A stretch of DNA of 26,263 nucleotides from a virus (taxonomy: Duplodnaviria; Caudoviricetes): IMG/VR virus record IMGVR_UViG_3300007692_000014, positions 1 through 26,263 of that record; one strand, written 5' to 3'. Position 1 is the first letter of the stretch. Each line of letters starts with the position of its first letter. Below are positions 17,601 through 26,261 of the stretch, in pieces. The notes beneath the pieces were generated by a model. The model worked only from the letters and a program-made list of their open reading frames with translations. It did no database searches and was not told the DNA's origin. The translations under genes were made by a program, and so were the position numbers.

Positions 17601-17884
17601 ATATCTACGCCTGCTACTTGGTCATGAACAAACCAGTACATGGTCTCACGAGTCCCGTCTTCATATGCCCCAATACAGACAGCTGTCGCAGACAGTGGGG
17701 ATCCATTATACTCGACCGTTGTGAGCTGTGTATTACCCTTGCTATTTTCGATAGCACCAATGGTGGAGTTTTCCGTAGAGCCAAGTCGAATGTTTAAGGC
17801 GTCGCGGTATTCACCCATGGGCAAGATGCGCTCATCGACGCTCTTGTTCATGCGACCCTTAATGAAGTTTGTTTGGATATCCAT
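14597..17884 (-). CDS. Tail stabilisation / muzzle-like protein (about 1095 aa)
   Basis: Start reassigned to ATG17884, 1 nt after the upstream stop. Motifs F.KGRMNKS.DER..P.GEYRDALNIR, LFWTDN.NPPRKINI, FAYRYKY.DG.YSA.S.FS, GNR.FYGNY and YGIS.NPESF are typical of crAss-like / P22 gp10-like tail proteins. Confidence 0.8.
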   Translation of the reverse strand: MDIQTNFIKGRMNKSVDERILPMGEYRDALNIRLGSTENSTIGAIENSKGNTQLTTVEYNGSPLSATAVCIGAYEDGTRETMYWFVHDQVAGVDMVVSYNTNINALSYHVVSTSVLNFNPEYLITGVNLIDDMLFWTDNLNPPRKINITRKYPAPIAGVDQITEVDISVILTPPIQSPDIQFKIVAGRENYLDTRFICFAYRYKYLDGQYSALSQFSSAAFCPSPFNVNEQSFANDGMTNLFNGVDVSFYTGGDEVVGIDLCFKQINSNVINVIQKFSKEEQGWADNTTQTIEFSNSKIYSTLPQSELLRLFDNVPLKAKAQTEMGNRIFYGNYVEGYDVTETNGDPILIDYTAIPISESAYLEQLEVEIVNGTASYNISGIGAPVLPYVDSAINLDFGAVTLQQGDVVTIDLELKYYINQSTSPYGGQQISKFPASVTFVLDASYATAYDLFNSSVFQDAIGTIGNIQPIATACEGVTLTDNFACSANTPADPTIAPDASWAKYGYGITAIPSPFGTFSSPGSNIINIQVPAMAYQRSDDPLEFLYFYFQVDNVSVGYIKRNYNRSLHSNADYEIGVVYMDKYGRNTTVLTSENNTVFFPISVSESRNFAQVRFNSLAPPWASRYKFVMKPSIAGYNTVYVKATDIYNSVDLGYWFKLEGQNQTKFSVGDTLIVKTDSFGPMNNVVEVEALDIQSQPASFISGAPAGLYAKMSPDNFSITGGSTEYLVFETIPADAVENLFFESADSYAIVNRYHYGNVLNQSAVNPAIINLDFFNCYTFGNGSEGYKIMDSITGNYLTLGNRFNGISEEAYRQTRNEASITYSGVYNRSTNINKLNEFNLALANFADMEIVFGSIQKMHARETDILVLQEDKISYVLAGKNLLSDAAGGGAITSVPEVLGKQIARVEEYGISMNPESFVAHGFDRFFTDAKRGAVIKLTGGSAGGEQLEVVSSYGLRSWFRDKFVESFDGQKLGGYDPYMDEYVLSMKDALVEMPEIVIPCGSHIDADTSDTREFTLELGTATGTFSLIWTVGLIADPMVFQVMYNGVVYSSGFVTSSGSLVVPKAAEYPTQAYVTIIVGGPTQYELDMTCVS

Positions 17885-17885
17885 A

Positions 17886-18812
17886 TTACTTAAGCCACTT
17901 ATCTTGACCACGTAAGCTCATCAATAGGCGCCCGGGGTGGATGTTGCTCATTCTAATTTTAGCATTGCGCAGTAGCGCTGTCTTCTCTTTTCGTGAGCGA
18001 TTCACGATATACTCCTGAACCCCCAATTTAGCAGACAGGATGGCATAACGAATATATGCGTATACATAATCCTCAAACATCTTGTTGACGCTGATGGCGC
18101 TTATGTCTCCACTCTCCATGCCGTCGGACACATACTCTAACAGGCACAATTGATTGTCCATGCCAGAGCTAAAATTAATTACGCCAGCTTTCTTGTCAAT
18201 GCGGAACGTAGGGTTAGCATTTGCGGTCTCAGTATTAAGGCCGTAGCGCGCTCCAATTCCATACTCAAAGTACCAGCTTCCTTCAAAGTTCCATCCGGCC
18301 TGTCCGTCAAACATAGGATTGTTCTCGTTGAGGTAGATGCTCTTCTGTTGTCCGGTGATTCGTGCCCAATCAAGATTAGAGAATTGAGGCTGCAAAATAT
18401 TCCCCGTCTCGTCAAATAAAATACGTCCGCTTTGATCCTGAAGATATGCCGCTGCGCTATTGAGCTGAATGTTCTCAGTCAGCGGAAAGATGACGCCATC
18501 TTTGTACATTGAAATGCGCACCCAGTTGACATAGTCAGAGGGTAAAACAAAACGAAGCTGGCTATCAACACTTAACTCAAGGGCTTTGACCTCCTTGAAC
18601 GCGTCGTAGTTGAGCTCCTGAATTGCGCGCTTGGCATGAAACAACACTTGGTATCGGTTGATGTTATTAACCAATTCATTATTCCCCGCATAGATCAACA
18701 TGAAGTTGTTGACGATGTCAGAAAGGCTAGTGTACTGGTATGAACCCCAGTTTGCATCTTCTGGAGATGCACCTGAGTTTGCATAGTACTGATACTGAGT
18801 TAGATATGCCAT
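17886..18812 (-). CDS. Structural protein, probable head-tail connector/ring protein (308 aa)
   Basis: Motifs VLFHAKRAIQELNYD, LP.DYVNWVRIS and LEYVSDG; position between the capsid and muzzle genes. Confidence 0.65.
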   Translation of the reverse strand: MAYLTQYQYYANSGASPEDANWGSYQYTSLSDIVNNFMLIYAGNNELVNNINRYQVLFHAKRAIQELNYDAFKEVKALELSVDSQLRFVLPSDYVNWVRISMYKDGVIFPLTENIQLNSAAAYLQDQSGRILFDETGNILQPQFSNLDWARITGQQKSIYLNENNPMFDGQAGWNFEGSWYFEYGIGARYGLNTETANANPTFRIDKKAGVINFSSGMDNQLCLLEYVSDGMESGDISAISVNKMFEDYVYAYIRYAILSAKLGVQEYIVNRSRKEKTALLRNAKIRMSNIHPGRLLMSLRGQDKWLK

Positions 18813-18815
18813 GTC

Positions 18816-19559
18816 TTATTTTTCTGCTATATTTTCTTGCTGCTCCTCTGTGTTGCCAAAGTTGACAACATCTGCTTCGCGAATTGACAGCCCAGCATAC
18901 TGAAGGATTTTAACTACCAGTGACGGCTCGTCCGAAAGAGGGAGCTCAAAGTCTTGATAGTCTGCCGCAGTCTGGTTGAAGATAGGCTCTCCATTTGCCA
19001 AGGTTTGGAATGTCCACTTGGGATCCTTAGGGTAGCGAATGTAAAACGCGCTAACGTCTGAGGTCCCGGTAATAGTTGTTGGGTAAACATCTACAGAAGA
19101 TGCTGATGTTGCGCCAAGGATTATTGCTGATGCGCTAACGGCTCGGTACACGTACAATGGGAACGCCGTCGTTGGAGCCATCAGTGTCGATGCCGTTAGG
19201 TTGCGAATCTTACTCTCTTCAATGCGCTCAATCTCAACGCCAGTGGGGTTGTATTGCAATACGTTTAAGTAATAGCAGTCACTTGGCACAAAGTAGCTGT
19301 TGTCAGATAAGTTTGAAAGCTCAGCGGATGTTGAGAATGAGGAAACAACTTCCTCGAGTTGTTTGGTAACGTCAGCAAGGCCAGTGCCTGACATGCGGGC
19401 ATTCTCCTTGTTAATCTGATTATTAATCTTATAAAAGTAATCTTCAAAAATGTCAAGCTGCGCCTGTTTCGCAAACAGATTGAAATCTGCTGGCGAGATA
19501 TATCCGTAATTGTTTTTATTTATTACTGATAGTACAGTATTCCTTACTGAGTTTATCAT
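18816..19559 (-). CDS. Structural protein, probable connector/ring protein (247 aa)
   Basis: Motifs NK.N.GYI.P..FNLFA.QAQ..IFE.YF, YIR.P..P.W and FEL..S.E..LV.KIL.YAG; synteny. Confidence 0.65.
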   Translation of the reverse strand: MINSVRNTVLSVINKNNYGYISPADFNLFAKQAQLDIFEDYFYKINNQINKENARMSGTGLADVTKQLEEVVSSFSTSAELSNLSDNSYFVPSDCYYLNVLQYNPTGVEIERIEESKIRNLTASTLMAPTTAFPLYVYRAVSASAIILGATSASSVDVYPTTITGTSDVSAFYIRYPKDPKWTFQTLANGEPIFNQTAADYQDFELPLSDEPSLVVKILQYAGLSIREADVVNFGNTEEQQENIAEK

Positions 19560-19574
19560 CTCAAATCGTTTTCA

Positions 19575-19582
19575 CAAAGATA
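19575..19582 (-). promoter_or_regulatory. Bacteroidota-type -7 promoter box (TATCTTTG)
   Basis: TAnnTTTG match just downstream of a terminator and 15 nt upstream of ATG19559. Confidence 0.65.
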
Positions 19583-19585
19583 CTT

Positions 19586-19620
19586 AAAAAAAAGAGGCCG
19601 CTAAATTGCGGCCCCTCTCT
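19586..19620 (-). terminator. Intrinsic terminator
   Basis: The minus strand reads AGAGAGGGGCCGC-AATTTA-GCGGCCTC followed by T8. Confidence 0.85.
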
Positions 19621-19639
19621 GTGTATAGCAAGTCCTGCG

Positions 19640-20377
19640 TTACAGGTTGTTTTCCAAAAGCTTCAGAGTCTCAATGCCTTCGTCGCTCTGGAGGTATGAC
19701 GACACAATGTAATTCATTGACTCGCCGAATGGAACCGTCAGCATCTTGCTCTTGTTGTTTGGCAAGTTGAAGTACACGTCCCGGTTGTTGTTTCGGGTGC
19801 GAAGGATGCCAGCATTAAAGAACTTAGCAACCTTACTCTGCAAGTCAAGCGTTGGGTCGCTGAGCATCTCCAAGAAAGCGATAGGACTCCGCTTGGCGTA
19901 TACCAATACATCACGTTTAAGTTCAGCTGTAGTCATTGTATCGACCTTGCCTCCAAGCATTATGCGGCAGATGTTTTCAAGCATCTCAACATCTAGTGAT
20001 CGAGCTGCAATAAGTGCATCTACCTCAGCGTCAAGGCGTTCCACTTCCTCCATGGCGTCACGCTCTGAGTTTACTTCCTCAAAGATGCTGCCATATCCGG
20101 GGTGGAGAGACAAGAAATACTGTAGTACTGGGTTAGTTTTAGGAACAAACAAGAAGCCATCCTCAAATACGATAGGCTCCAAGATTGCGTTGCCGTCCTG
20201 CTCGTCTTCAAATGGACTGCGCTGGTTACGGGCGTAACGAAGTGCGCGGTTTGTTTGTCCATCAAAGTACAAAAGGGGTTTACGGCGAGAATTGCGTGAC
20301 GCAAGCATAAAGGATAGCGGTGCGTTCTTGCGGCGAAGGATATAAGACTTATCCTCGGGGGTGAGCGTTTTTTCCAT
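19640..20377 (-). CDS. Conserved phage protein downstream of the major capsid gene (245 aa), function unknown
   Basis: Motifs R.LRYA.NQ.SPF.DEQ, I.FEDG.L.VP and ELKRD.L..AK; flanked by two terminators. Confidence 0.75.
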   Translation of the reverse strand: MEKTLTPEDKSYILRRKNAPLSFMLASRNSRRKPLLYFDGQTNRALRYARNQRSPFEDEQDGNAILEPIVFEDGFLFVPKTNPVLQYFLSLHPGYGSIFEEVNSERDAMEEVERLDAEVDALIAARSLDVEMLENICRIMLGGKVDTMTTAELKRDVLVYAKRSPIAFLEMLSDPTLDLQSKVAKFFNAGILRTRNNNRDVYFNLPNNKSKMLTVPFGESMNYIVSSYLQSDEGIETLKLLENNL

Positions 20378-20398
20378 GATTCAGATATGATTAAAATT

Positions 20399-20430
20399 AA
20401 AAAAGGGGAGAGGGTTTTACGCCCCTCCCC
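20399..20430 (-). terminator. Intrinsic terminator after the major capsid gene
   Basis: The minus strand reads GGGGAGGGG-CGTAAAAC-CCTCTCCCC followed by T6, 9 nt after the stop. Confidence 0.85.
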
Positions 20431-20439
20431 AGATTTTGA

Positions 20440-21852
20440 TTAGTCTTCAAAGATGAAGAAGTTGTTAGCACCCAAGGTACAAACTGCGCGCTCAGAAAGG
20501 AAGTGAACCTCCATTGCATCCAAGCTAGAGGTGGAAGCACCACCAGCAGAACCAGTAACCCAAGTCTTATAACGACGATCTTCAGTCTCAGAAGCACGAT
20601 AGCGAACGTGCAAGAAAGGACGCTTAGCGTTCTTACCGAGGATCTGGTCATAAACCGTAGTAGAACCAGCGGGAACCAACATACCGTTGATCTTGCCTGC
20701 ATTCAAACCGCCACGCATGGTGGGATCGTTCAAGTATTTCCAATCGGTCTTGTAGAAGTCATAACCACGAGTAAAGCCAGTGAAGCCGAGGTTCAACGCC
20801 ATGTCCTTGTCGTTATCGAACAAACCGTAAGAAGTACCGCCAACACCGTAGGAGTTTTGAGCAGCCAACATATCGTCGATATCGAAACCGAACTGACGAT
20901 CCAAGAAGATTACGTTCTCCTGAATAGAACCCTGCTTGTCTAAGCGCTCGATGATAGAATCGAATTCGCCAAGAGTAGATGGGTTACCACCAGACCATAC
21001 GTTACCGCGTTGGTTAACAACGTAGAATACACCTTCAGAACCTTTGTAGGTAACGCCAGCGCCAGCAGCGGCACCAGAGCCAGCCTCAGCAGGAACTGCC
21101 TCGATCATAGCCGTCTCCATGTAGTCTTCAAAGCGCAAGCGAGTCTCGTGCTCAGACTTCAAGTACCACAAGTAACCGGTAGCACCGTTCTCAGTGGTGA
21201 CCTCAACCCAGCCAATCTGAGCCATGTCGGAACCAGAGACAGCGTACTTGTCCTTGATGATGATGGGGCTGTTCTCGAAGATAACGTCGTCAGCCTCCAA
21301 AGAGCCTTCCATTCCGTCAGTTCCCTTCTTGAATTCAGAACCATAGATGAACAAGCTACAAGCAGCAGCAGCAGCAAACGTCTGACCGCCAGCCTCATAA
21401 TAGGCAACGTCAATCGTAGAAGCAGCCGTGTCAACAGCAGTTACAATAGCCTTGTTGTACAAGGTGGCTGCACCTGCGTTGGCAGACACCATGATGGTTT
21501 GTCCAACGCGGATAGCGATAGCTCCACTTCCGGGAACAAGCGTATCGTTGATGGTCAATGTAGCGGTGTCAGAGGCAGCGGCGGCAGCGGAAGTAACATT
21601 GGTGTACTTCGTGTGCAAGCGACCCTGCTCGGCCCACTTAATAAGGTCGGAGTTAGAGGGCATCTCTGCTCCAACCATGCGCAAGAAAGATGCTACGGTG
21701 CGGTTACCGTAACGCTCGAACTCCTTCTCGTAGGTATCGGGAAGATACTGATTCAAGAAATCGAAGTTCGTGATGTAGTTGGTAGACAATGCTACCTGTT
21801 CAGCACTGGGTTGTAAATCAAACCCGGGTACTGCTTGGACTGCTCCAGCCAT
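20440..21852 (-). CDS. Major capsid protein (470 aa)
   Basis: Position after portal and scaffold, strong codon bias, very A-rich leader and its own terminator. Motifs YEKEFERYGNRT, W.EQGRLH, GSEF.KGT and IGWVEV are ones I recognise from Bacteroidota podovirus capsids. Confidence 0.85.
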   Translation of the reverse strand: MAGAVQAVPGFDLQPSAEQVALSTNYITNFDFLNQYLPDTYEKEFERYGNRTVASFLRMVGAEMPSNSDLIKWAEQGRLHTKYTNVTSAAAAASDTATLTINDTLVPGSGAIAIRVGQTIMVSANAGAATLYNKAIVTAVDTAASTIDVAYYEAGGQTFAAAAACSLFIYGSEFKKGTDGMEGSLEADDVIFENSPIIIKDKYAVSGSDMAQIGWVEVTTENGATGYLWYLKSEHETRLRFEDYMETAMIEAVPAEAGSGAAAGAGVTYKGSEGVFYVVNQRGNVWSGGNPSTLGEFDSIIERLDKQGSIQENVIFLDRQFGFDIDDMLAAQNSYGVGGTSYGLFDNDKDMALNLGFTGFTRGYDFYKTDWKYLNDPTMRGGLNAGKINGMLVPAGSTTVYDQILGKNAKRPFLHVRYRASETEDRRYKTWVTGSAGGASTSSLDAMEVHFLSERAVCTLGANNFFIFED

Positions 21853-21870
21853 TTTTTCTTTGTTTTTTTG

Positions 21871-22956
21871 TTATTTTTTAGAACGAATTTTGAGTCCTCG
21901 ACCACTGTCGTTACTCATTGATTTTACGTTGAAGCCACCCTTGTTCAATGATTGAGGCGATTGTCGGACATCCATATTGATGTTTTTAGACTTTCGCGTT
22001 ACGTCATCAACCGCAGCAGACATGCCTTGCTCATAAAAGAACTTAGCAAATCGTTCTGGATTCATCGCGACGGCCAGTGCCTTGTGGTACCCCTTGGCGT
22101 CATTGATTAAGCCATCCTCATTCATGTACTTTTTAACGAAGTTCGTGATGTCGGACTGAGCCTTCTTCATTTCCGCAGCCTCAGCAGGAGAGTAAACTAC
22201 TGTTCTATCGTTGACAGAGAATTCAAAACCTTTGAACTCGTCACCGAAGACCTCGTTCGTCTTCTGCTCAAACCATTCGTACCGTCTCCGGTTCTCCTCT
22301 TGGGCGCTTTGAGCCTGTGCCATATATTCCCTGTAGGCCTTAGAAGCTTCAGCATCTTCTTTAGAAATGACACTCCCACTTGACTCAAGGGGCGCGCGGT
22401 ATTTCTCCTTCTGATCCTCAAAGAACTTCTTTGCCTTTGCAAGCTCTTTCTTCTTAGCTAGTTTCTTACGCTTGATATCTGACTCATCATCGAGATCTTC
22501 GTCATATGAGAAACGCTCTGAAAGCATAAACTCAATGTCCTCGTTATCGAGGTCAGATTCAGTACTAGCGTAGTACTGGGCTATAAGTTGATCCGGGCTT
22601 AACTCATCAAGGTCTTCATTTAACTTCATAAAGTCTTTAATGCCTCGTCCCGTTTCCTTTTTATAATTCAAATAAGCGGCGACATCTTCAGGTAAGTCAA
22701 CGGATTGTTCGCGCTCAGCGAACAATTGGTCTACTGAATCAATCTGCTTATTGTAGCGATTCTTAATAAATGAAAGAACGTCTTCCTCACTAAGTGAGGG
22801 GATTGTTTCTTCCTCCTTTGATACCACCACTTCTGGGGTGTCATTAGAGACTTGCTCTTGATTTAATGACTCTTCGTGTTTAGCCAAGAGTTCATTTTCA
22901 ATTTGCTGAACTGACTTAGATTCAACCTCGCCAAGTTCTTTTACCTTGATTTCCAT
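21871..22956 (-). CDS. Acidic, helical head-assembly (scaffold-like) protein (361 aa)
   Basis: Very D/E-rich with coiled-coil character and a basic C-terminal tail; lies between portal and capsid genes. Confidence 0.65.
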   Translation of the reverse strand: MEIKVKELGEVESKSVQQIENELLAKHEESLNQEQVSNDTPEVVVSKEEETIPSLSEEDVLSFIKNRYNKQIDSVDQLFAEREQSVDLPEDVAAYLNYKKETGRGIKDFMKLNEDLDELSPDQLIAQYYASTESDLDNEDIEFMLSERFSYDEDLDDESDIKRKKLAKKKELAKAKKFFEDQKEKYRAPLESSGSVISKEDAEASKAYREYMAQAQSAQEENRRRYEWFEQKTNEVFGDEFKGFEFSVNDRTVVYSPAEAAEMKKAQSDITNFVKKYMNEDGLINDAKGYHKALAVAMNPERFAKFFYEQGMSAAVDDVTRKSKNINMDVRQSPQSLNKGGFNVKSMSNDSGRGLKIRSKK

Positions 22957-22974
22957 AGATTTAATTTAATTAGA

Positions 22975-22982
22975 CAAAGTTA
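22975..22982 (-). promoter_or_regulatory. Bacteroidota-type -7 promoter box (TAACTTTG)
   Basis: TAnnTTTG match in an AT-rich gap upstream of the scaffold-capsid pair. Confidence 0.7.
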
Positions 22983-23000
22983 TAGTAAAAAATATATTGA

Positions 23001-25436
23001 TTATCGAGGACTGAACTCCGCGAAATCAAAGCCATCCAGAGAGTCTTCATTAGACTCAAAGTCGACGGGGGGTAAATTGTTTTTGCGCTGTTCAATAAGT
23101 TTAGATTGCTCACTATTCTGTTGACTAATGCGTTTTGACTTCGCCGTTTCGCGCTCATCTTCTCGCTGCTTTAAAGACGACACCTCAACTCCTTTAAGCT
23201 GCATCTGGTAGCCAAACTCCTCAGCCATAAGTGACTTCTTAAATTCTGCCTCATTGCGCATCTTCTCAATTTCAAATGCAATCTCCGCCTGCTTGACCTG
23301 CATCTTGCTTTGCGTCTCTGCCTGAATCTGCTGCATGGCAGCCTGTGCCGCAATCTGTTGTGACTGTTGTTGCATCTGAGCTTGAGCCTGCTGCTGCTGC
23401 ATAGCGGACAACTGGTCCTGCTCATACTTCTGCTTGCGCTTAACCTTCAGAAGTTAGTTTGCCATCTTGAGGTTTTTAACCTCACGAATATCAATGGCAT
23501 CCTCTAGGTTTATGTCACCCTTAGATAATGCCATCTGAATGTTTGCTTCAAGCTGAGCCTTCTGCTCCTCGTCTGGAGAGACCTCAATAAAGATTCCAAA
23601 ATCGTACAGGTATAGATCCTTAATCTCCTCAAGGATAGATACGTTATATTTTCCAATCTGCATGATGAACTCTTCCTTCTGGTCTGAGTATTCAAGAATG
23701 TCAGACACGCGCATAGCGAGAGCCTCTGCCAGAGTGCGAGTCAGGTACAGACTGCTCTCCAAGATGTGACGAGTTGCTGTGTTTGAGTTCAGGGCGGCAA
23801 GCTTCTGCACGCCAACCAATGCGTTGGGGTCCGGAGTAGAGCCATCGCGAGCCTCATTAAGGCCGGTGACCGAACGGATCATGTCCACGTAGTGATTGTA
23901 GTTGCCAATAAGCGCAGCCATTTTTTGCTGCCCAGAGTTCCCAGTCAATTGTTGAATGGGCACGCGGGCATTGTTGAATTCACCGTCCTGAGTATAGGAG
24001 CGTCCAACGACACTACCTGTCTGGAAGTAAAGGCGCAGTGCGTCTTCTGGATTGTATGACGCCCCATTGCCCAAGTCGACTTCGTTTAGTCCATCAGCGT
24101 CAATAAATACGCCATCTGGGACCATACGTGAAATGACCTGTTGCAACTTAAGGTGCGTAATCTGAATCAGGTCAGCAAATGGAATCATTCGACGAACTAA
24201 AGATTCGATGTTACCCTTGTACATGCGAGGAGCTACTGCTACATAGTTTGGCATAGCATGCTGAGATGCGGACTTAGGACGAACCATGTTCTCCATCATC
24301 TGCCACTTAAGCATGATGTTTGTTCCCATCACCATGACGCCCTCGTACCACACATCGATGGTTTTTTCCATCTTTGTGAAGTTACCCTCCTCCATCATCT
24401 CTGCCGGAGGATTGAATGTGTCGTCCTTCTCGATGACACGAGCGTTGCCATCTTCAAGAACTTTCTTTTTATATACGAACTTCTTGGTGGTCTTATAATT
24501 AAAGTACAAGAGAGTAGCCGTATCGCGAGCGAATACATCGTTCTCATAGAACTGCGCCACATTGAAGTAGTCATACCAGCTCTGGCTATACTTTGAAATA
24601 GTATCTAAGTCCTCGTTCGTTAGAGTCTGATCAATCTTTAGCAGCTCCGTAATGGGCAACGTCTTAATCTCTCCCCAATAGAAGCAGTCTTTGAACTGAG
24701 GGTCTTCGGTGTAGCTATACACCACGTTTGCCGGATCGACGTAGCTAATCTTAACGCCATCTCCGGGGAGGAACTCCTGCTTAGACATGCCGACGCCAAG
24801 CACGGTAAGGTCATAGTCAACACGTTTGCGGATGTCCTCATAGTGGTTCTCCTGCAAAATAGTATTGACAGCTTCCTCTTCGGCAATCTCAATGGCTGGC
24901 TTATAGTTTAGTTGCATGTGTAGAGACAACTCTTGGTCGTCCTCTGGCAACTTCATGGGGTCGTTCTGGAATGGGTTAATGCCGAAAGCCTCAGACATTT
25001 TGGTCAAGGCCTCCCGTGCAACCATCTCGTTCTCAATCTCGCGCTGAAACTTGGTGCGCTTATCTAATGATACAGCATCCTGAGCGTGAGCCTTTACCGT
25101 AAACAAACGGTCAGACATTCCGTTTACAACGATGTCTACAAATTTTGGTAGAATTGGAACCGGCGTCCAGTCAAGGTTTAGGTAGCTGAGATCTCCATCA
25201 ATAGCCAACTCGTTTTTATACTTGGCTACAGACTGCTCGCCGCGCGCATATAGCCGCAAACGCATAAAGTCCCGAAGCTGAGCGTAGTAACGAGAGCTAT
25301 TCCCATCCTTGCGAAACCACTCGTACTGAATAGCCTGTCCAATCTGGAGGCCGAATTCGTCAGTAGCTTTCTCCGCATCGGATACAAACTGACTAGGAAA
25401 TCCGTTTGGAGATATATTAATAGTTACCTCTTTCAT
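23001..25436 (-). CDS. Portal protein (811 codons) interrupted by one in-frame TAA at 23454-23456
   Basis: Follows terL directly; motifs LNLDWTPVPI.PKFVDIVVNG and VTGLNEARDGS. The ORFs 23454-25436 and 23001-23411 share a frame and read ...KMAN*LLKVKRKQKYEQDQLSAMQQQ..., continuing into a Gln-rich coiled coil. Confidence 0.8.
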
Positions 25437-26261
25437 TTACTGTAGTAGTTCGCTTCGTGATCCGCGATTATTATATCTAGCAAAGTTAATGCTTATTTTT
25501 GATTGCTTTTGCTCAGGCAGATACATATGCTTTTGATTGGCCATAATGGCAAGACCTGAACTAATGGTTGCGTCAAACTTTGTTCGGTTGTTAATGTCGA
25601 AACGAGCCCAATCTTCAAGCGTCCTTGTGAAATACATTTCCCCCATATCGTCAACGGGTCTATATGTTCCCTCCATATCTATGCCAACATGCTTTTCAAT
25701 ATACGACTCGACGGCAGAAGCGTGAGACTGCTTAACGTCTTCAGACGTATTGGGAATCCCACCAAGTTCGCGCTCGGTCTTGGATAGCTTGCTTGCATGC
25801 TTATCTGGACGGTTAAGGCTGAAGCCCCTATACCCTCGGTTCTTAAGGTGATAAAGCAATCGAGGCTTGTTGTTCTCCGCAAGCACTGGCATGCCATAGA
25901 AAACGCAGGCCATCAGTACATCCTCAAAGAATATTTCTGCGGTTTGAGGCCTTGCTACGTACTCCAAAAAGAAATGATTTGAAGGGGCGTCGTCCATATG
26001 AAACTTCGTCATCCCGTGCAGCGCCCCATTAGACCCGCCGCCACCAACAACGCCAGAGATGTCGTAGGAGTCACAACCAAAAGAACCAATGTGCTCATTG
26101 CCCGGAAGCTTCATTCCATTTCGCGCGTGGACATTGTTCTGTAAGTTTTTTGGCGGCAGCCAAGAGACCTTAAATCGCCCGTGCTTGTCGGGAGTCCATA
26201 CCACCTTAGTGTCCTTCTCGCCATTAAGCCAGTGAAACGAGCCGCGTGTAATAAAGTGTTC
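25437..26261 (-). CDS. terL: Terminase large subunit, C-terminal nuclease domain (5'-truncated)
   Basis: The frame is open to the window edge (EHFITRGSFHW...). RNase H-like motifs FGCDSYD, LAENNK and TKFDATISSGLA; the stop abuts the portal ATG (TAAATG). Confidence 0.85.
   Translation of the reverse strand, partial: EHFITRGSFHWLNGEKDTKVVWTPDKHGRFKVSWLPPKNLQNNVHARNGMKLPGNEHIGSFGCDSYDISGVVGGGGSNGALHGMTKFHMDDAPSNHFFLEYVARPQTAEIFFEDVLMACVFYGMPVLAENNKPRLLYHLKNRGYRGFSLNRPDKHASKLSKTERELGGIPNTSEDVKQSHASAVESYIEKHVGIDMEGTYRPVDDMGEMYFTRTLEDWARFDINNRTKFDATISSGLAIMANQKHMYLPEQKQSKISINFARYNNRGSRSELLQ
25481..25488 (-). promoter_or_regulatory. Candidate -7 promoter box (TAACTTTG) inside the terL 3' end
   Basis: TAnnTTTG match identical to the 22975 box, 44 nt upstream of the portal ATG. 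Confidence 0.5.

Noticed and set aside
20397-20702. Alternative-frame ORF running past the capsid stop (possible frameshift-extended capsid)
   Set aside because: It extends only about 14 codons beyond the stop, through the terminator hairpin, and no extra domain or clear slippery site is present.
21010-21816. 268-aa antisense ORF, and other + strand ORFs, opposite the capsid and structural genes
   Set aside because: Expected shadow ORFs from the strong codon bias of highly expressed genes. They show no initiation signals or protein-like motifs.
1390-26261. Alternative genetic code (TAG or TGA reassignment, as in some crAss-like phages)
   Set aside because: Long genes are intact under the standard bacterial code. 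The only interruption is one TAA, which is also the commonest true stop here.
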